Shown here piece by piece: positions 1-9,747 of a DNA stretch of 64,000 bases; positions within the stretch are counted from its first letter, which is position 1, and the number at the start of each line of letters is the position of its first letter. Under the pieces are notes generated by a model. The model had not been told where the DNA came from. It made no database searches and saw only the letters and a list, made by a program, of their open reading frames with translations. Made by a program: the position numbers and the translations under genes. The stretch comes from an uncultured Gammaproteobacteria bacterium (GTDB lineage: Bacteria > Patescibacteriota > Microgenomatia > UBA1406 > GWC2-37-13): contig CAZMIL010000003.1 of assembly GCA_964566425.1 (NCBI GenBank), positions 1,203 through 65,202 of the forward strand, in the 5' to 3' direction.

Positions 1-174
1 CTGAAGAATCAGCCTTTTTTCAGAAACGCACAAAACGGCGATAAGATTTTGTTTTATACGAAAGCTCGAGAAGTGATTTTGTATCGACCGTCGTTGAATA
101 AAATTGTCCAAGTTGCGCCGATAAGTATCGGAGGGAGTCCTTCTGCGAGCGGATCGGCAGCCCCTGCCCCCTAA
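1..174 (+). CDS. C-terminal fragment (57 codons) of a CDS entering from the left edge
   Basis: Frame 1 is open from base 1 to TAA at 172-174 (...GDKILFYTKAREVILYRPSLNKIVQVAPISIGGSPSASGSAAPAP*). No family recognised. Confidence 0.35.
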   Translation: MKNQPFFRNAQNGDKILFYTKAREVILYRPSLNKIVQVAPISIGGSPSASGSAAPAP

Positions 175-186
175 AAAGAAAGAGGG

Positions 187-255
187 GAGAGTGTGAAGAT
201 TTTGCTGCTGGCAAGGGCCAGGAGTCGACTGGAAGTCGACAATCTTCACACTCTC
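187..255 (-). terminator. Rho-independent terminator candidate for the 377..832 gene
   Basis: 15-bp perfect inverted repeat gagagtgtgaagatt (187-201) / aatcttcacactctc (241-255) with a 39-nt loop. On the minus strand it is followed by ccctctttcttttt. Confidence 0.5.
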
Positions 256-376
256 TCCCTCATCTGGGTTTGAAACTCGACTTTCAAGACTGTTGATCCA
301 AAGAAGCGGATCATGCGGGCAGTGATTAAATCATGTTCCGCTCCTTCAGTTTTTAGCTATACCGAGTTTCCTCCTT

Positions 377-832
377 TCAGCGTCTGCCGCAGATAGGCCA
401 ATCAGAAGTCCAACCTTTGGCATGGGCCATTTTGATGGAAACGATCACGTTAGAGCGTGGATTATCTCCCCACTTTGCTAGCGGATGTTTCCATGTGGGC
501 GGGTTGTACTCATTGCGTCGTCCAGACCAATACCTTTCGGCTTGTTGAAAGGTACCGATATAACCATCTCCGCCTGGATCACGCAGATCTGAACCCGATT
601 CACACTCGGCTACGGTAAGCGCCTTCTTAAATCCTCCTTGGACAGGCCACTTATCGATGGCACATTGGATAGTTTTCTTGATTTCCCAGACCGTCCAGTT
701 GCCTTTTTGTAGCGTTTGATAACTGCACTCCTTGAGGCGCCAAGACGGATCTTTTTGGCGAAGGTTAACTTGCGAAAAACCTGCAGGCAAAACTACACTC
801 AGCAGGGTAAAACTGATGAGAGCTTTTCTCAT
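377..832 (-). CDS. Secreted protein, possible transglycosylase-like (Rpf/SLT-like) cell-wall hydrolase
   Basis: ORF track 377..844. The GTG at 844 lies inside GAGGTGG; the ATG at 832 follows that SD by 8 nt. Signal peptide MRKALISFTLLSVVLPAGFS. AECESGS...GDGYIGTFQQ resembles the CESG...GYxGxxQ core of transglycosylase-like domains. About 50% GC. Confidence 0.55.
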   Translation of the reverse strand: MRKALISFTLLSVVLPAGFSQVNLRQKDPSWRLKECSYQTLQKGNWTVWEIKKTIQCAIDKWPVQGGFKKALTVAECESGSDLRDPGGDGYIGTFQQAERYWSGRRNEYNPPTWKHPLAKWGDNPRSNVIVSIKMAHAKGWTSDWPICGRR

Positions 833-1015
833 CTTAATTACCACCTCGCTTTGGCAATCGGCTCCCGGTGCCTTACGCCTAGCTACGGTTGGCTTTTTCT
901 ACCACCCCCAATCTATTTTGTTCCAAACCCAGTTGTTAAAGAATAGAGACCTATTACTCGACAGATAAAAGCTTGGTTATTATCAGCGCCTAATTAGGCT
1001 CTAGAACAAGAGAAA

Positions 1016-1044
1016 ATTATACTATAAGTTAGTTATCGAGTCAA
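1016..1044 (-). promoter_or_regulatory. Sigma70-type promoter TTGACT-N17-TATAAT
   Basis: Minus strand: TTGACT (1044-1039), a 17-nt spacer, then TATAAT (1021-1016). The next start codon is ~175 nt downstream, at 832. Confidence 0.5.
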
Positions 1045-1050
1045 AAAGCT

Positions 1051-4000
1051 TTATTTCGCAGTGGTGAATTCGTGGAACGAGTCGTAAGTGTAATTTTTGC
1101 CTTGAGACATCACTTCAAAAAGATATTTTACTCCAGATTTAAGATGTGTCAACTTTACTTTGTGTTCTTTTTGTTCATCAGGAGCAAAAGCTTGACTCCC
1201 ATAGGACCTTGTTTCACCGTAATTGACCTTATTGTTGTTAGTGTACTGATTGGTTTTCCAATAAATCACTGCATAATCTTTGCCCGTGGTGAGAACTTTA
1301 ACCTCCGTAATTCTAGTCGGCTCTTTATTTAACCAAATGGCGCTAAGAGTATCTACGGTTACTGCCAATTTATTTTTGATTTCCTTAAACGGATCTTCTG
1401 AGGGGATTTTAGAAACAGTTGTTTTTAGTGGGGTAATTTTTCTTGCGACTTGGCTTATGAACAGAGGTATTTTTGCTGCCGCATAAGAAGTTAGTGCGCG
1501 AATTTTTTGAATTGATTGTACGCCTTTGGAGAAAAAATCTAAAATTCCTGAGCCGACTTGGCTGAAAAAGTTTTGTAGAGGAGAACTTTTATTTACTGCC
1601 GTTGGTTTAACCACGTTTAGCTGTTGCTTAAGCTTATTTTTTTCTTCCGGAGTTGCGTTGGGAAATTTTTTTTCAATTTGTTGTTCGATATATTTATTTT
1701 CTTCTGGAGTAATGATTTGCGAATAGGAGCCGATAGTTAAGTAAAAAGCGACCGAATTTCCCGAAGTGTTTCCGGCTTTATCTTTAGCCGTCAAAGTTAC
1801 GCGGTAACTTCCATAAGTCAGCGGATCAGATGGTGTGAAAGAAAAAAGCGAATATTTATCGCTGTCGTTTTGTGAATTATCGTCTATTTTTTGCCCATTG
1901 GAAGTAAAAAAAGAATCAGTCAAAGTAAAGTTTTCGAGGCTGTAAACGTCGTAGCCACCTGCAAAGTTTTGTTTTTCCAGGCTTAATTGCAGGCTCTGTG
2001 GCCCAGACGCTGCTTTTTTCCCAACTTCGCCCAGCAAATAGTCGGTGACTCTGCCAGAAATAGTCGGCTTGGTGCTGTAAGCACTATACGAGTCAATAGA
2101 GGCAGAGACCGAGTAGTCGTTTATCTTCTCAAGATTCAAAACCGGACCGGTCGTGTCCAAAAAGACTGTTCTTTGTAACAGTTGATTATTACCGGAATTA
2201 TCTTTTGCCGTCACAGACCAGGTTCTTTTTCCCTCTTTGAGCTTAGCATCGTTTTGACCCGAATTCCAATCAGGAGAAGATTTTGTCATCACAGAAATAT
2301 AGTTATTGGTGGCATCACTGTCGGAAAAATTTTCATAGTGGATCATATATTTGCTGGTGATGATATCACTAGTTCCGGTTGCAGGAATATTATCGATACT
2401 AAAATCGCCGTCTCCGTTGTCGATATTTAACTTATAGCTGGAAATTGCCCCGCTTGAAGAAGCACGCCAGCGAAAATCAGGACGTTCATTGCTGATATAT
2501 GAGTTATCTCCTGGCGAATCGAGAGAAAAATTAACAAAACTGGCTCCGGTAAACGACCAATTAGTATTGTTGCCGGAATCAACGCTGCCGGTACCGGCGA
2601 TAATCGGATCGGAATTGGTGTTTTTGGAATCTTTGACATCGAGATAAGAAAGAAGTCTTCCGGCCTGGGGGTCAATTTGCCATTGAGTTCCGGGAGAAGA
2701 GGAGCGTAAAGATAAGAGATTGCCTGGGGCTCCATTTAATCTTAAATCACCGACAAAAGTTTGTTTGCCGGAAGCGTCAAAAGTCAAGGTGGCGGCTGAA
2801 GTTACAGCTTTCTGAAAATTATTAAAAGTAGTTGTTCCCAAGATAGTCTGATCGTTTCCATTTAAAAGAATAGTTCCGTGGTTATGATTGAAAGTCCCGC
2901 CGTTGTGAGCAAAGTTACCAGTGAGGGTAAGAGTATCGGAGGGAGCTGTGAAATTTCCATCGCTGAGAGTGAAATTTCCGGCAATACTCAAAGTATTTAA
3001 GGTGCCGTATGTCCCGCCGGGGCCGTTAATGGTCAGATTTTGATAAGACCAATCACGAAGAGTATAAGGTCCGCCGGTGCCGACATACATCACGGTTGAG
3101 CCGCCTTCCAAGACGGGAGTAGTAATTGTCGTACCGCCACCAAGTAACTTAATGGTTGTCCCGTTTTTAATCGTTAAGGTCGAGCCGCAGACAAAATCAA
3201 AAGCTCCGCCACTTACATCTAAGATACCTGAAGTTAGGGTACAGGTTGCGGCGGAGCCGCTACTTCTGAAGCTCCCCGTACTAAGGGCTACAGTTCCACC
3301 TCCGCTTTTGTTAATTGTAAGCGGAGAGGTAAAAGCGGTGCTGTTTGCAGAAGCAAGATTGGTTGCTGTAGAGCCTGTGAGAACTACGCTTAGATTACTT
3401 CCACCAAAGGTATCTGTACCGTGATTGATAAAATCTCCCTGGACAGTAAGAGTTGTCATGGTGACGGGGTTATTTATAAGTCCCTGATCACGATTGAATG
3501 TCCCAGATACCGTACAGTCACTGCCAAGGCTGAAAGACGTCCCGGAATTATTTTTTTCAATGAAAATAGATCCCTGAAAAGTACTACCACAGGTTAAGGT
3601 TGTGGAATCACTGTTGTTATTATCGTCAAAGGTTACAGTTTTACCGGTGAGATCAAATGTACCATTCTGGGTAAAGCTTCTGGAAATATTTAAATCGGTA
3701 CCTGCATAAGTGATTGTCGCCCCAGTGTTGTTAGTGATTGAAGAACTGGTGCTGGTCCAAGTAGTCCCATTATGAGTGAAGGTCCCATTGTTGACTAAAT
3801 TTATGCTGGTCATTGTGAGACTTGAAGCAACGGTCATTGTCCCATTGTTGGTGACGGTTATAGGACTTGAAGGTCCGGAAATCGTTGTTGCCAGATTGAT
3901 ATTACAGCCCGAAGCCAGAGTAAAACTACCGGAGGAAGAGGTTTTGTTGATCCCAACTGTTCCACCAAAATTCCCACTACAAGTAAGAGTTGAAGTCTGT

Positions 4001-4575
4001 GTGCTTCCGTTGAAAGTTAATGTTTTTCCGGACATATTTAAGGATCCACCACTAGAAGTAAAGTTACCGGTGACGGTAAAAGAACCTGATGTGGGAGTAA
4101 AAGTTCCACCGCTGATTGAAAATGAAGAGTTGACGAATCCGCCGCTGGTATCTCCAACTAAGAAACCACTGTCGCCGCCTGAAAAAGTTCCTGCAGATTG
4201 AGAAAAACCATCACCTCTAATCTTGACAATAGCTCCAGAGGCTTGAGTAATAGTTCCCGTGTATCCAGAATTGATACTTATTCCTTTAACTTCAATATTT
4301 CCATCAATCGTGGCATTTTTTGTCGAAGTGCTGTTAAAGACTGCATCATCAGCAGAAGTAGGGAGCGTGTCCGATGACCAATTTGCTGCACATGACCATT
4401 TGTTTCCATCGCCTACGCTTCCGCCACAAGTTCCATCAGTTCCACCGCCGTCCCAAGTTCTGGTGACAGCAAAAACTCTCACCGGAAGAAAGAAAAAAAA
4501 GAATAGAAAAAAGGTTAAAAAAATGATTCGCTGTAGGCCTGCTAGGCGATTTTTTGTTGACATTTGTACGAGCAA
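1051..4575 (-). CDS. Very large secreted surface protein (T/S/G/N-rich beta-helix/adhesin-like repeats, C-terminal FN3-like module)
   Basis: 1174-aa ORF with an N-terminal hydrophobic poly-Phe signal. More than 700 aa are degenerate T/G/S/N repeats. The C-terminus (YAVIYWKT...VNYGETRSYG...VKYLFEV) is FN3/purple-acid-phosphatase-N-like. Alternative start ATG at 4563 (MSTKNR). Confidence 0.8.
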   Translation of the reverse strand: MLVQMSTKNRLAGLQRIIFLTFFLFFFFFLPVRVFAVTRTWDGGGTDGTCGGSVGDGNKWSCAANWSSDTLPTSADDAVFNSTSTKNATIDGNIEVKGISINSGYTGTITQASGAIVKIRGDGFSQSAGTFSGGDSGFLVGDTSGGFVNSSFSISGGTFTPTSGSFTVTGNFTSSGGSLNMSGKTLTFNGSTQTSTLTCSGNFGGTVGINKTSSSGSFTLASGCNINLATTISGPSSPITVTNNGTMTVASSLTMTSINLVNNGTFTHNGTTWTSTSSSITNNTGATITYAGTDLNISRSFTQNGTFDLTGKTVTFDDNNNSDSTTLTCGSTFQGSIFIEKNNSGTSFSLGSDCTVSGTFNRDQGLINNPVTMTTLTVQGDFINHGTDTFGGSNLSVVLTGSTATNLASANSTAFTSPLTINKSGGGTVALSTGSFRSSGSAATCTLTSGILDVSGGAFDFVCGSTLTIKNGTTIKLLGGGTTITTPVLEGGSTVMYVGTGGPYTLRDWSYQNLTINGPGGTYGTLNTLSIAGNFTLSDGNFTAPSDTLTLTGNFAHNGGTFNHNHGTILLNGNDQTILGTTTFNNFQKAVTSAATLTFDASGKQTFVGDLRLNGAPGNLLSLRSSSPGTQWQIDPQAGRLLSYLDVKDSKNTNSDPIIAGTGSVDSGNNTNWSFTGASFVNFSLDSPGDNSYISNERPDFRWRASSSGAISSYKLNIDNGDGDFSIDNIPATGTSDIITSKYMIHYENFSDSDATNNYISVMTKSSPDWNSGQNDAKLKEGKRTWSVTAKDNSGNNQLLQRTVFLDTTGPVLNLEKINDYSVSASIDSYSAYSTKPTISGRVTDYLLGEVGKKAASGPQSLQLSLEKQNFAGGYDVYSLENFTLTDSFFTSNGQKIDDNSQNDSDKYSLFSFTPSDPLTYGSYRVTLTAKDKAGNTSGNSVAFYLTIGSYSQIITPEENKYIEQQIEKKFPNATPEEKNKLKQQLNVVKPTAVNKSSPLQNFFSQVGSGILDFFSKGVQSIQKIRALTSYAAAKIPLFISQVARKITPLKTTVSKIPSEDPFKEIKNKLAVTVDTLSAIWLNKEPTRITEVKVLTTGKDYAVIYWKTNQYTNNNKVNYGETRSYGSQAFAPDEQKEHKVKLTHLKSGVKYLFEVMSQGKNYTYDSFHEFTTAK

Positions 4576-4608
4576 ATTCCGGGCTTGAAAATTTCGTCGT
4601 CCCGCTAA

Positions 4609-4637
4609 AATTTAGCAGGGTTTTTTTAATCTGTCAA
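4609..4637 (-). promoter_or_regulatory. Promoter candidate TTGACA-N17-TAAATT overlapping a 20-nt palindrome
   Basis: Minus strand: TTGACA (4637-4632) and TAAATT (4614-4609). The palindrome cccgctaaaa/tttagcaggg (4601-4620) overlaps the -10 box, in the manner of an operator. Confidence 0.35.
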
Positions 4638-4774
4638 GTAAAGAATTGAGGCGCATATGGCATTTATCTCTCGACAAGAACTAGCAATTTCATAACCTAT
4701 ATAATTTTGCCCTTCCCAAAGTGATTTAAAAAGACTATGCTGGAGTTAGCACATTTATTTGTGTTATTTTTGGG

Positions 4775-6484
4775 ATGGAAGAGATTAATAAAATCAAAGT
4801 TCGACTGCAAAAATTGATAAAAAGTAAGGTCAAGTACCCTTATGCTCGTCCCTTAAAAGTAATAGAGGAGAACGGTAAATATTACCTGATTTTTAGAAAT
4901 TTTAAGCAAAATGAGAGTGATTTAGTCGCTGGCAGCAGTGACGGATTTGATTTTGAGAATCTTGAAACTATCCCCAAACTGGCTAACTTTGAAAGCCGAC
5001 ATCCGGCCAGCGCCATTGTTGCTGAGTACAAAGCACATGGGAAAAAAGTTATATATTATGGCGACCGTCAAATTTTTCTTGCCTACGCAGACGGAAGACA
5101 GCAGTGGGAGACCAACACGCAGCCGCTTATCCTCTCTGCAAATCCAACTGAGGTGGGTGGAGCGTTTTTGTTCTCTAAGGGGCCACTGATTCTTTATTTT
5201 GAAAAATATATCGAAGAGGGCATTACTTACTACCGCGCTTTTTTTGCCCAATTTGATAAAAAAAACCCAGAAAATTTATTGTGGAAAATGAATAGGCCAA
5301 TATGGGATAGTCGTGATTCGTGGCCGCATAAACAAGCCGTTCCTCTTGGGTCGGTCAAACGCGACAAGGAAATTGTTGCCTATTGGTATGTCGGTGAAGA
5401 AGTTATCTATGCGGTTCTGCTCAGAGACTTTTTCTATGAACCCCAAGCCATTGATATTCGTCCTACTTATTTAAAAAAACACCAGCAAAATCCAATTCTT
5501 GCTCCACGAGAGGAAAATGCGTGGGAAGCCTTCACGACGCTTAATCCGGCTGCGGTTTATTTAGACGGTAAGGTCCACCTTTTGTATCGGGCCCAGGGAT
5601 ATGATTATATTTCGACAATCGGATATGCCGTCAGTTCTGACGGTTTATTTATAGACGAGCGCATGAATCAACCGGTCTATGAACCATCTGTGTGGTTTGA
5701 GACAAATACAAGCGGCCGCGCAAATCCGAAACTCGTCTCTGCTGGCGGCTACGGCGGCTGTGAAGATCCGCGGGCGACTGTGCTTGACAAGAGACTTTAT
5801 ATGGTCTATGTCGCTTTTGACGGGTGGTCAAATCTGCGTTTAGCCCTAACATCCATTGATATTTACGACTTTTTAAACCAACGTTGGAATTGGGAGAAAC
5901 CCGTACTTATCTCGCCGCCAGGTGTAATTGATAAAAGCGGATGTCTTTTGCCGGAAAAGATAAACGGCAAATATGTCTTTTTCCATAGAGTTTTCCCCAA
6001 CATTCTTATTGACTATGTAGACGATCTGAACTTTGATGGTAAAAACAATTTCTTGCCAGGCAAATATCAAATAAAAGTGAGGCCAGGGAAGTGGGACAGC
6101 AGAAAAATTGGGGCTGGTGCGCCGCCTCTAAAGACAAAAGATGGCTGGCTGTTGATATATTATGGAGTTGATGATAAAGATGCCTCTAAATATCATATTG
6201 GAGCAATGCTTTTGGATCTAAATGACCCAACGCGCGTTTTGCACAGATCAAATAGACCGATCTTAAGCCCTGAAGAAGAATACGAAGTGACAGGTTTTAA
6301 GCCGGGGATTGCTTATCCTTGCGGGGCAGTAATTATCAAGGATGATTTACTTGTATATTATGGAGCAGCCGATTCTGTGGTTTGCGTGGCAAAAGCAAAT
6401 TTGGCGGCTTTTTTAGCAGAGTTCAAGTCCGATCAAACTCCACACATGAAAAACGTACAAATTAAGGAGGTTGCCTACAGATGA
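4775..6484 (+). CDS. GH130-family glycoside phosphorylase/hydrolase-like protein (C-terminal GH130 module plus a degenerate N-terminal beta-propeller-like half)
   Basis: 569-aa ORF. NPILAPREENAWEAFTTLNPAAVYLDGKVHLLYRAQG, GCEDPR and YYGAADS motifs are typical of GH130. Confidence 0.75.
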   Translation: MEEINKIKVRLQKLIKSKVKYPYARPLKVIEENGKYYLIFRNFKQNESDLVAGSSDGFDFENLETIPKLANFESRHPASAIVAEYKAHGKKVIYYGDRQIFLAYADGRQQWETNTQPLILSANPTEVGGAFLFSKGPLILYFEKYIEEGITYYRAFFAQFDKKNPENLLWKMNRPIWDSRDSWPHKQAVPLGSVKRDKEIVAYWYVGEEVIYAVLLRDFFYEPQAIDIRPTYLKKHQQNPILAPREENAWEAFTTLNPAAVYLDGKVHLLYRAQGYDYISTIGYAVSSDGLFIDERMNQPVYEPSVWFETNTSGRANPKLVSAGGYGGCEDPRATVLDKRLYMVYVAFDGWSNLRLALTSIDIYDFLNQRWNWEKPVLISPPGVIDKSGCLLPEKINGKYVFFHRVFPNILIDYVDDLNFDGKNNFLPGKYQIKVRPGKWDSRKIGAGAPPLKTKDGWLLIYYGVDDKDASKYHIGAMLLDLNDPTRVLHRSNRPILSPEEEYEVTGFKPGIAYPCGAVIIKDDLLVYYGAADSVVCVAKANLAAFLAEFKSDQTPHMKNVQIKEVAYR

Positions 6485-8421
6485 TACTTTCTAGGTCTCC
6501 AAATAATCCTATTCTGAAGCCTAATCCAGCTAATTCTTGGGAAAATAGCGCGACTTTTAATGGGAGTATTATAAAAAGCGATGGGAAATATGTTCTTTTT
6601 TACCGTGCGCTTGGCGACGAACAAAAAATTGAGAACAAAAAATTGCAGGTTTCGGTAATCGGCAAGTCAATAAGTGCCGATGGAGTGAATTTTAATCAAC
6701 GATCTGTATTCCTTTCCCCTAAAGATATTTGGGAAAAATACGGCTGCGAAGATCCGAGAGTTACTTATCTAGAAGGAAAATATTTCATTTTTTATACTGC
6801 TCTTTCCAGTTTTCCTCCCGACTTCAAAAATATTCGTGTCGGTGTGGCAATCTCGCCGGATCTTCAGAATATAACTGAGCGACATTTAGTTACGCCCTTT
6901 AATGCTAAAGCGATGGTTATGTTTCCGGAAAAGATAAACGGCAAATATACTGTTATCTTAACCGTAAATACAGATAATCCGCCAACACATATTGCGCTTG
7001 CACAATTTGAAAAGCTTGAAACCTTGTGGGATTTGAATTATTGGCAGGATTGGTATCAAAATTTAAAACAGCACATCGTCCCACTGCGTAGGGTCAACAG
7101 TGATAATGTAGAGGTTGGCGCAGTGCCGCTAAAGACTTCAGCCGGGTGGGTATTTATTCATTCATATATCAAACATTACTTTAGCGCTAATGTTAAAAGA
7201 GAGTTCAGAATAGAGGCGGTTTTGCTCGACTTAAATGATCCACAAAAAATAATCGGTCGAATAGAAAATCCTCTTTTGATCCCTGAGGAAGAGTACGAAA
7301 AAAAAGGCAACATTTCCGAGGTTGTTTTTCCTGAAGGAGCTTTGGTCCAGGGGAATACGTTACGAGTCTATTACGGTGCCGCAGATACTTACTGTGCTCT
7401 TGCTGAAGCACCTTTTGACGAATTTATGCGCTCTTTTGAAGTGAATCTTCCAGGGACTCTTAAGTGCAACAAATTTCCCCAAAACCCGATCTTAGAGCCT
7501 ATTGTGGAACATTCATGGGAGTCAAAAGCTGTATTTAATCCTGGCGCCGTAGAGCTTGAGAATAAAATTTATCTGATTTATCGTGCAGTGTCCGAAGAGA
7601 ATGTATCACAGTTTGGATTGGCGATAAGCCAAGACGGATTGTTGATTGACGAGCGGATAGATAAACCGATTTATTCCTTGAGAGCAGATTTTGAAAAGCC
7701 CTTAGAAAATGATAAGCCGGGCGGAGTCGAAGATCCAAGAATTACTAAAATCGGCGATATTTTGTACATGTTTTATACAGCTTATAATGGTAAAACTGCT
7801 CGTCTGGCAATCTCAAGCATTGCTGTGACTGATTTTTTGCAGCGTAAATGGGAGGCTTGGTCTTACCCCAAAGTGATTTCTCCCCCAAAAATAATGGATA
7901 AAGACGGGATGATTTTTCCGGAAAAGATAAACGACAAATATGTTATTTTTCACCGCATAGAGCCCAATATTTGTATTGATTTTGTCGAAAACCTTGATTT
8001 TTCAAACGGCTTTTTAAAAACAAAAGGCATTATTACTCCCCACAATCGGACATGGGATGAAAAGAAGATTGGGATAAATACTCCACCTATGAAGACCGCA
8101 GCAGGATGGATCGTTTTTTATCATGGGATAAGTAAAATTGACGGACATTACAGAGTAGGAGCGTTGCTTTTAGATCTTTCAGATGTCACTAAAGTGATCG
8201 GCTGGACGCCGTACCCAATTCTTGAACCGGAGACCGATTTTGAAGAACGCGGCTTAGTAGACAATGTGGTTTTTCCTTGCGGCTATGTCATCCGGCAAGA
8301 TACAATCTATCTCTATTACGGTGGCGCAGATAAAGTAGTCTGCGGCGCAACCGTCTCATTGAAAGCCTTGTTAACCTATCTTCTCAAAAGCACATCCCGA
8401 AAATACCTTGTTTATCCGTAA
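6481..8421 (+). CDS. Tandem double GH130-family protein
   Basis: 646-aa ORF with an ATGA overlap on the upstream gene. There are two copies of NPIL.P....WE..A.FN, GCEDPR/GVEDPR and YYGAAD/YYGGAD. Confidence 0.8.
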   Translation: MILSRSPNNPILKPNPANSWENSATFNGSIIKSDGKYVLFYRALGDEQKIENKKLQVSVIGKSISADGVNFNQRSVFLSPKDIWEKYGCEDPRVTYLEGKYFIFYTALSSFPPDFKNIRVGVAISPDLQNITERHLVTPFNAKAMVMFPEKINGKYTVILTVNTDNPPTHIALAQFEKLETLWDLNYWQDWYQNLKQHIVPLRRVNSDNVEVGAVPLKTSAGWVFIHSYIKHYFSANVKREFRIEAVLLDLNDPQKIIGRIENPLLIPEEEYEKKGNISEVVFPEGALVQGNTLRVYYGAADTYCALAEAPFDEFMRSFEVNLPGTLKCNKFPQNPILEPIVEHSWESKAVFNPGAVELENKIYLIYRAVSEENVSQFGLAISQDGLLIDERIDKPIYSLRADFEKPLENDKPGGVEDPRITKIGDILYMFYTAYNGKTARLAISSIAVTDFLQRKWEAWSYPKVISPPKIMDKDGMIFPEKINDKYVIFHRIEPNICIDFVENLDFSNGFLKTKGIITPHNRTWDEKKIGINTPPMKTAAGWIVFYHGISKIDGHYRVGALLLDLSDVTKVIGWTPYPILEPETDFEERGLVDNVVFPCGYVIRQDTIYLYYGGADKVVCGATVSLKALLTYLLKSTSRKYLVYP

Positions 8422-8428
8422 AGATTGC

Positions 8429-8517
8429 TGGCGGAGAGGGTGGGATTCGAACCCACGTGAGCATTGCTGCTCGCAGGTTTAGCAAACCTGTGCTTTGGAC
8501 CGCTCAGCCACCTCTCC
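8429..8517 (-). tRNA. tRNA-Ser (anticodon GCU), long variable arm, CCA encoded
   Basis: Hand-folded cloverleaf from the reverse complement ggagagg-tg-gctgagcggtccaaagc-a-caggt-ttGCTaa-acctg-[17-nt variable arm]-gtggg-ttcgaat-cccac-cctctcc-g-cca. Confidence 0.9.
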
Positions 8518-8524
8518 TTTGCAG

Positions 8525-8608
8525 TGCCGCAGAGAGGAGTTGAACCTCTACCTCATTGCTGAGACACGCTCCTGAAGCGTGCGCGTCTGCCAGTTCCGCC
8601 ACTGCGGC
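8525..8608 (-). tRNA. tRNA-Leu (anticodon CAG), CCA not encoded
   Basis: Reverse complement gccgcag-tg-gcggaactggcagacgc-g-cacgc-ttCAGga-gcgtg-[variable arm]-agagg-ttcaact-cctct-ctgcggc-a. Closely parallels E. coli tRNA-Leu(CAG). Confidence 0.9.
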
Positions 8609-8641
8609 AGCTTTTAAGCTTTCTTATTATACTACTTAAGA

Positions 8642-9727
8642 CTATTTTATTGCTGCGGGAGGAGTGGGGGTGACAGTTGTTCCCGCAATCGCGTTTCTAA
8701 TCACTTTATAGATATTTGACCAATTGTCGATTCCTTCTTTGGGAATCAGGATAGCTTGACCGTTGCTTGAAAAACTATCATCAAGATAATCGGCGTCGGA
8801 TAAAACCATACGTCTTATTTGATATTTGTTGATGTCGACGATTTCTGTTGCAAATTTTTTAGACAGATCAAAAGGAATATCTGTTTTGACATTATTTTTA
8901 AGCTCATCCATAAGCGGAACAATTTTTGTAACAAAATCAGGACGAAGAATCTTATTTTTTACTGCTTCTAAAAATAATTGCTGGCGTCTGGCGCGGGCGA
9001 AGTCTCCACCGTCTTGAGGGGAATGCCGTGAACGAACAAATTTAAGGGCAGTAGCCCCATCCATATGCTGGAGACCCGCACTAAAATGCAAATTTTCATA
9101 GCGGCAAGGAAACGCAAGCTGGGGGCTTTGAGTAGCGATTTTTTCTAATTCCGGTAAGTCAGATTCAGACTTCCCACAAAGGTCCTTTTCCCGCCCTTCG
9201 ATCGGATATTGTGGATCATCAAAAGCTACCTGGACGTTAATGTCAACTCCACCGAGAATATCGACCATTTTGGTAAAGCCCGCAAAATCAATGGCTAAGT
9301 AGTTATCTATCGGTAAGCCGGTAATTTGTTGAATTCCCGAAAAAAGAATATTTGGAGACTGTTTAACGTCTGGAAAATCTTGAGGGGAAAGATACATTTC
9401 ATACAAGGTGTTTACTTTAGCATGGAAGTTCTCACCTGACTTGGTAGGGACTTTTAACCAAACATCACGGGGGATTGAAATTTGAGTAATTTGATTTTTG
9501 GCAAGGTCAATATTAATTACTAAAATAGTATCTGTGAGATACGGACCATCATGACCAGGTCCTCCATAACCGAGAAAAAGAATATTATAGGAAGTTTTGG
9601 CAGTTTGCACTTTTCCATCGTTTTTTTTTGGTGTATAAATACCTTGATAAAACTGGTTAATTTTGATGGAGAAAAAAATGATCAAGCCAAGAAGCACTCC
9701 GCCAAGGATGAGTAAAGCCTTTTTCAT
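8642..9727 (-). CDS. LytR-CpsA-Psr (LCP) family cell-envelope transferase
   Basis: 361 aa with an N-terminal TM. LGYGGPGHDGPYLTDTILVINID...ISIPRDVWLKVP is typical of the LCP domain. Confidence 0.85.
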   Translation of the reverse strand: MKKALLILGGVLLGLIIFFSIKINQFYQGIYTPKKNDGKVQTAKTSYNILFLGYGGPGHDGPYLTDTILVINIDLAKNQITQISIPRDVWLKVPTKSGENFHAKVNTLYEMYLSPQDFPDVKQSPNILFSGIQQITGLPIDNYLAIDFAGFTKMVDILGGVDINVQVAFDDPQYPIEGREKDLCGKSESDLPELEKIATQSPQLAFPCRYENLHFSAGLQHMDGATALKFVRSRHSPQDGGDFARARRQQLFLEAVKNKILRPDFVTKIVPLMDELKNNVKTDIPFDLSKKFATEIVDINKYQIRRMVLSDADYLDDSFSSNGQAILIPKEGIDNWSNIYKVIRNAIAGTTVTPTPPAAIK

Positions 9728-9747
9728 TATTGACTTTCAAGTATACT

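Noticed and set aside
3077-4588. Plus-strand ORFs (3077..3424, 3776..4201, 4259..4588 and others) antisense to the 1174-aa gene
   Set aside because: They are mirror-frame artefacts of a T/S/G-rich repeat gene. They give V/P/L-rich low-complexity translations with no start signals.
4601-4627. The hairpin cccgctaaaa/tttagcaggg plus T7 as a plus-strand terminator
   Set aside because: No plus-strand transcript ends here. It overlaps the -10 box of the minus-strand promoter for the 1174-aa gene, so an operator or promoter element is the simpler reading.
6481-6484. Alternative genetic code (UGA recoded, as in some CPR lineages)
   Set aside because: TGA works as a stop here (for example the ATGA overlap at 6481-6484, and the TGA stops ending the 39563..40873 neighbour and the 41564 ORF). 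Long ORFs are intact under the standard code.
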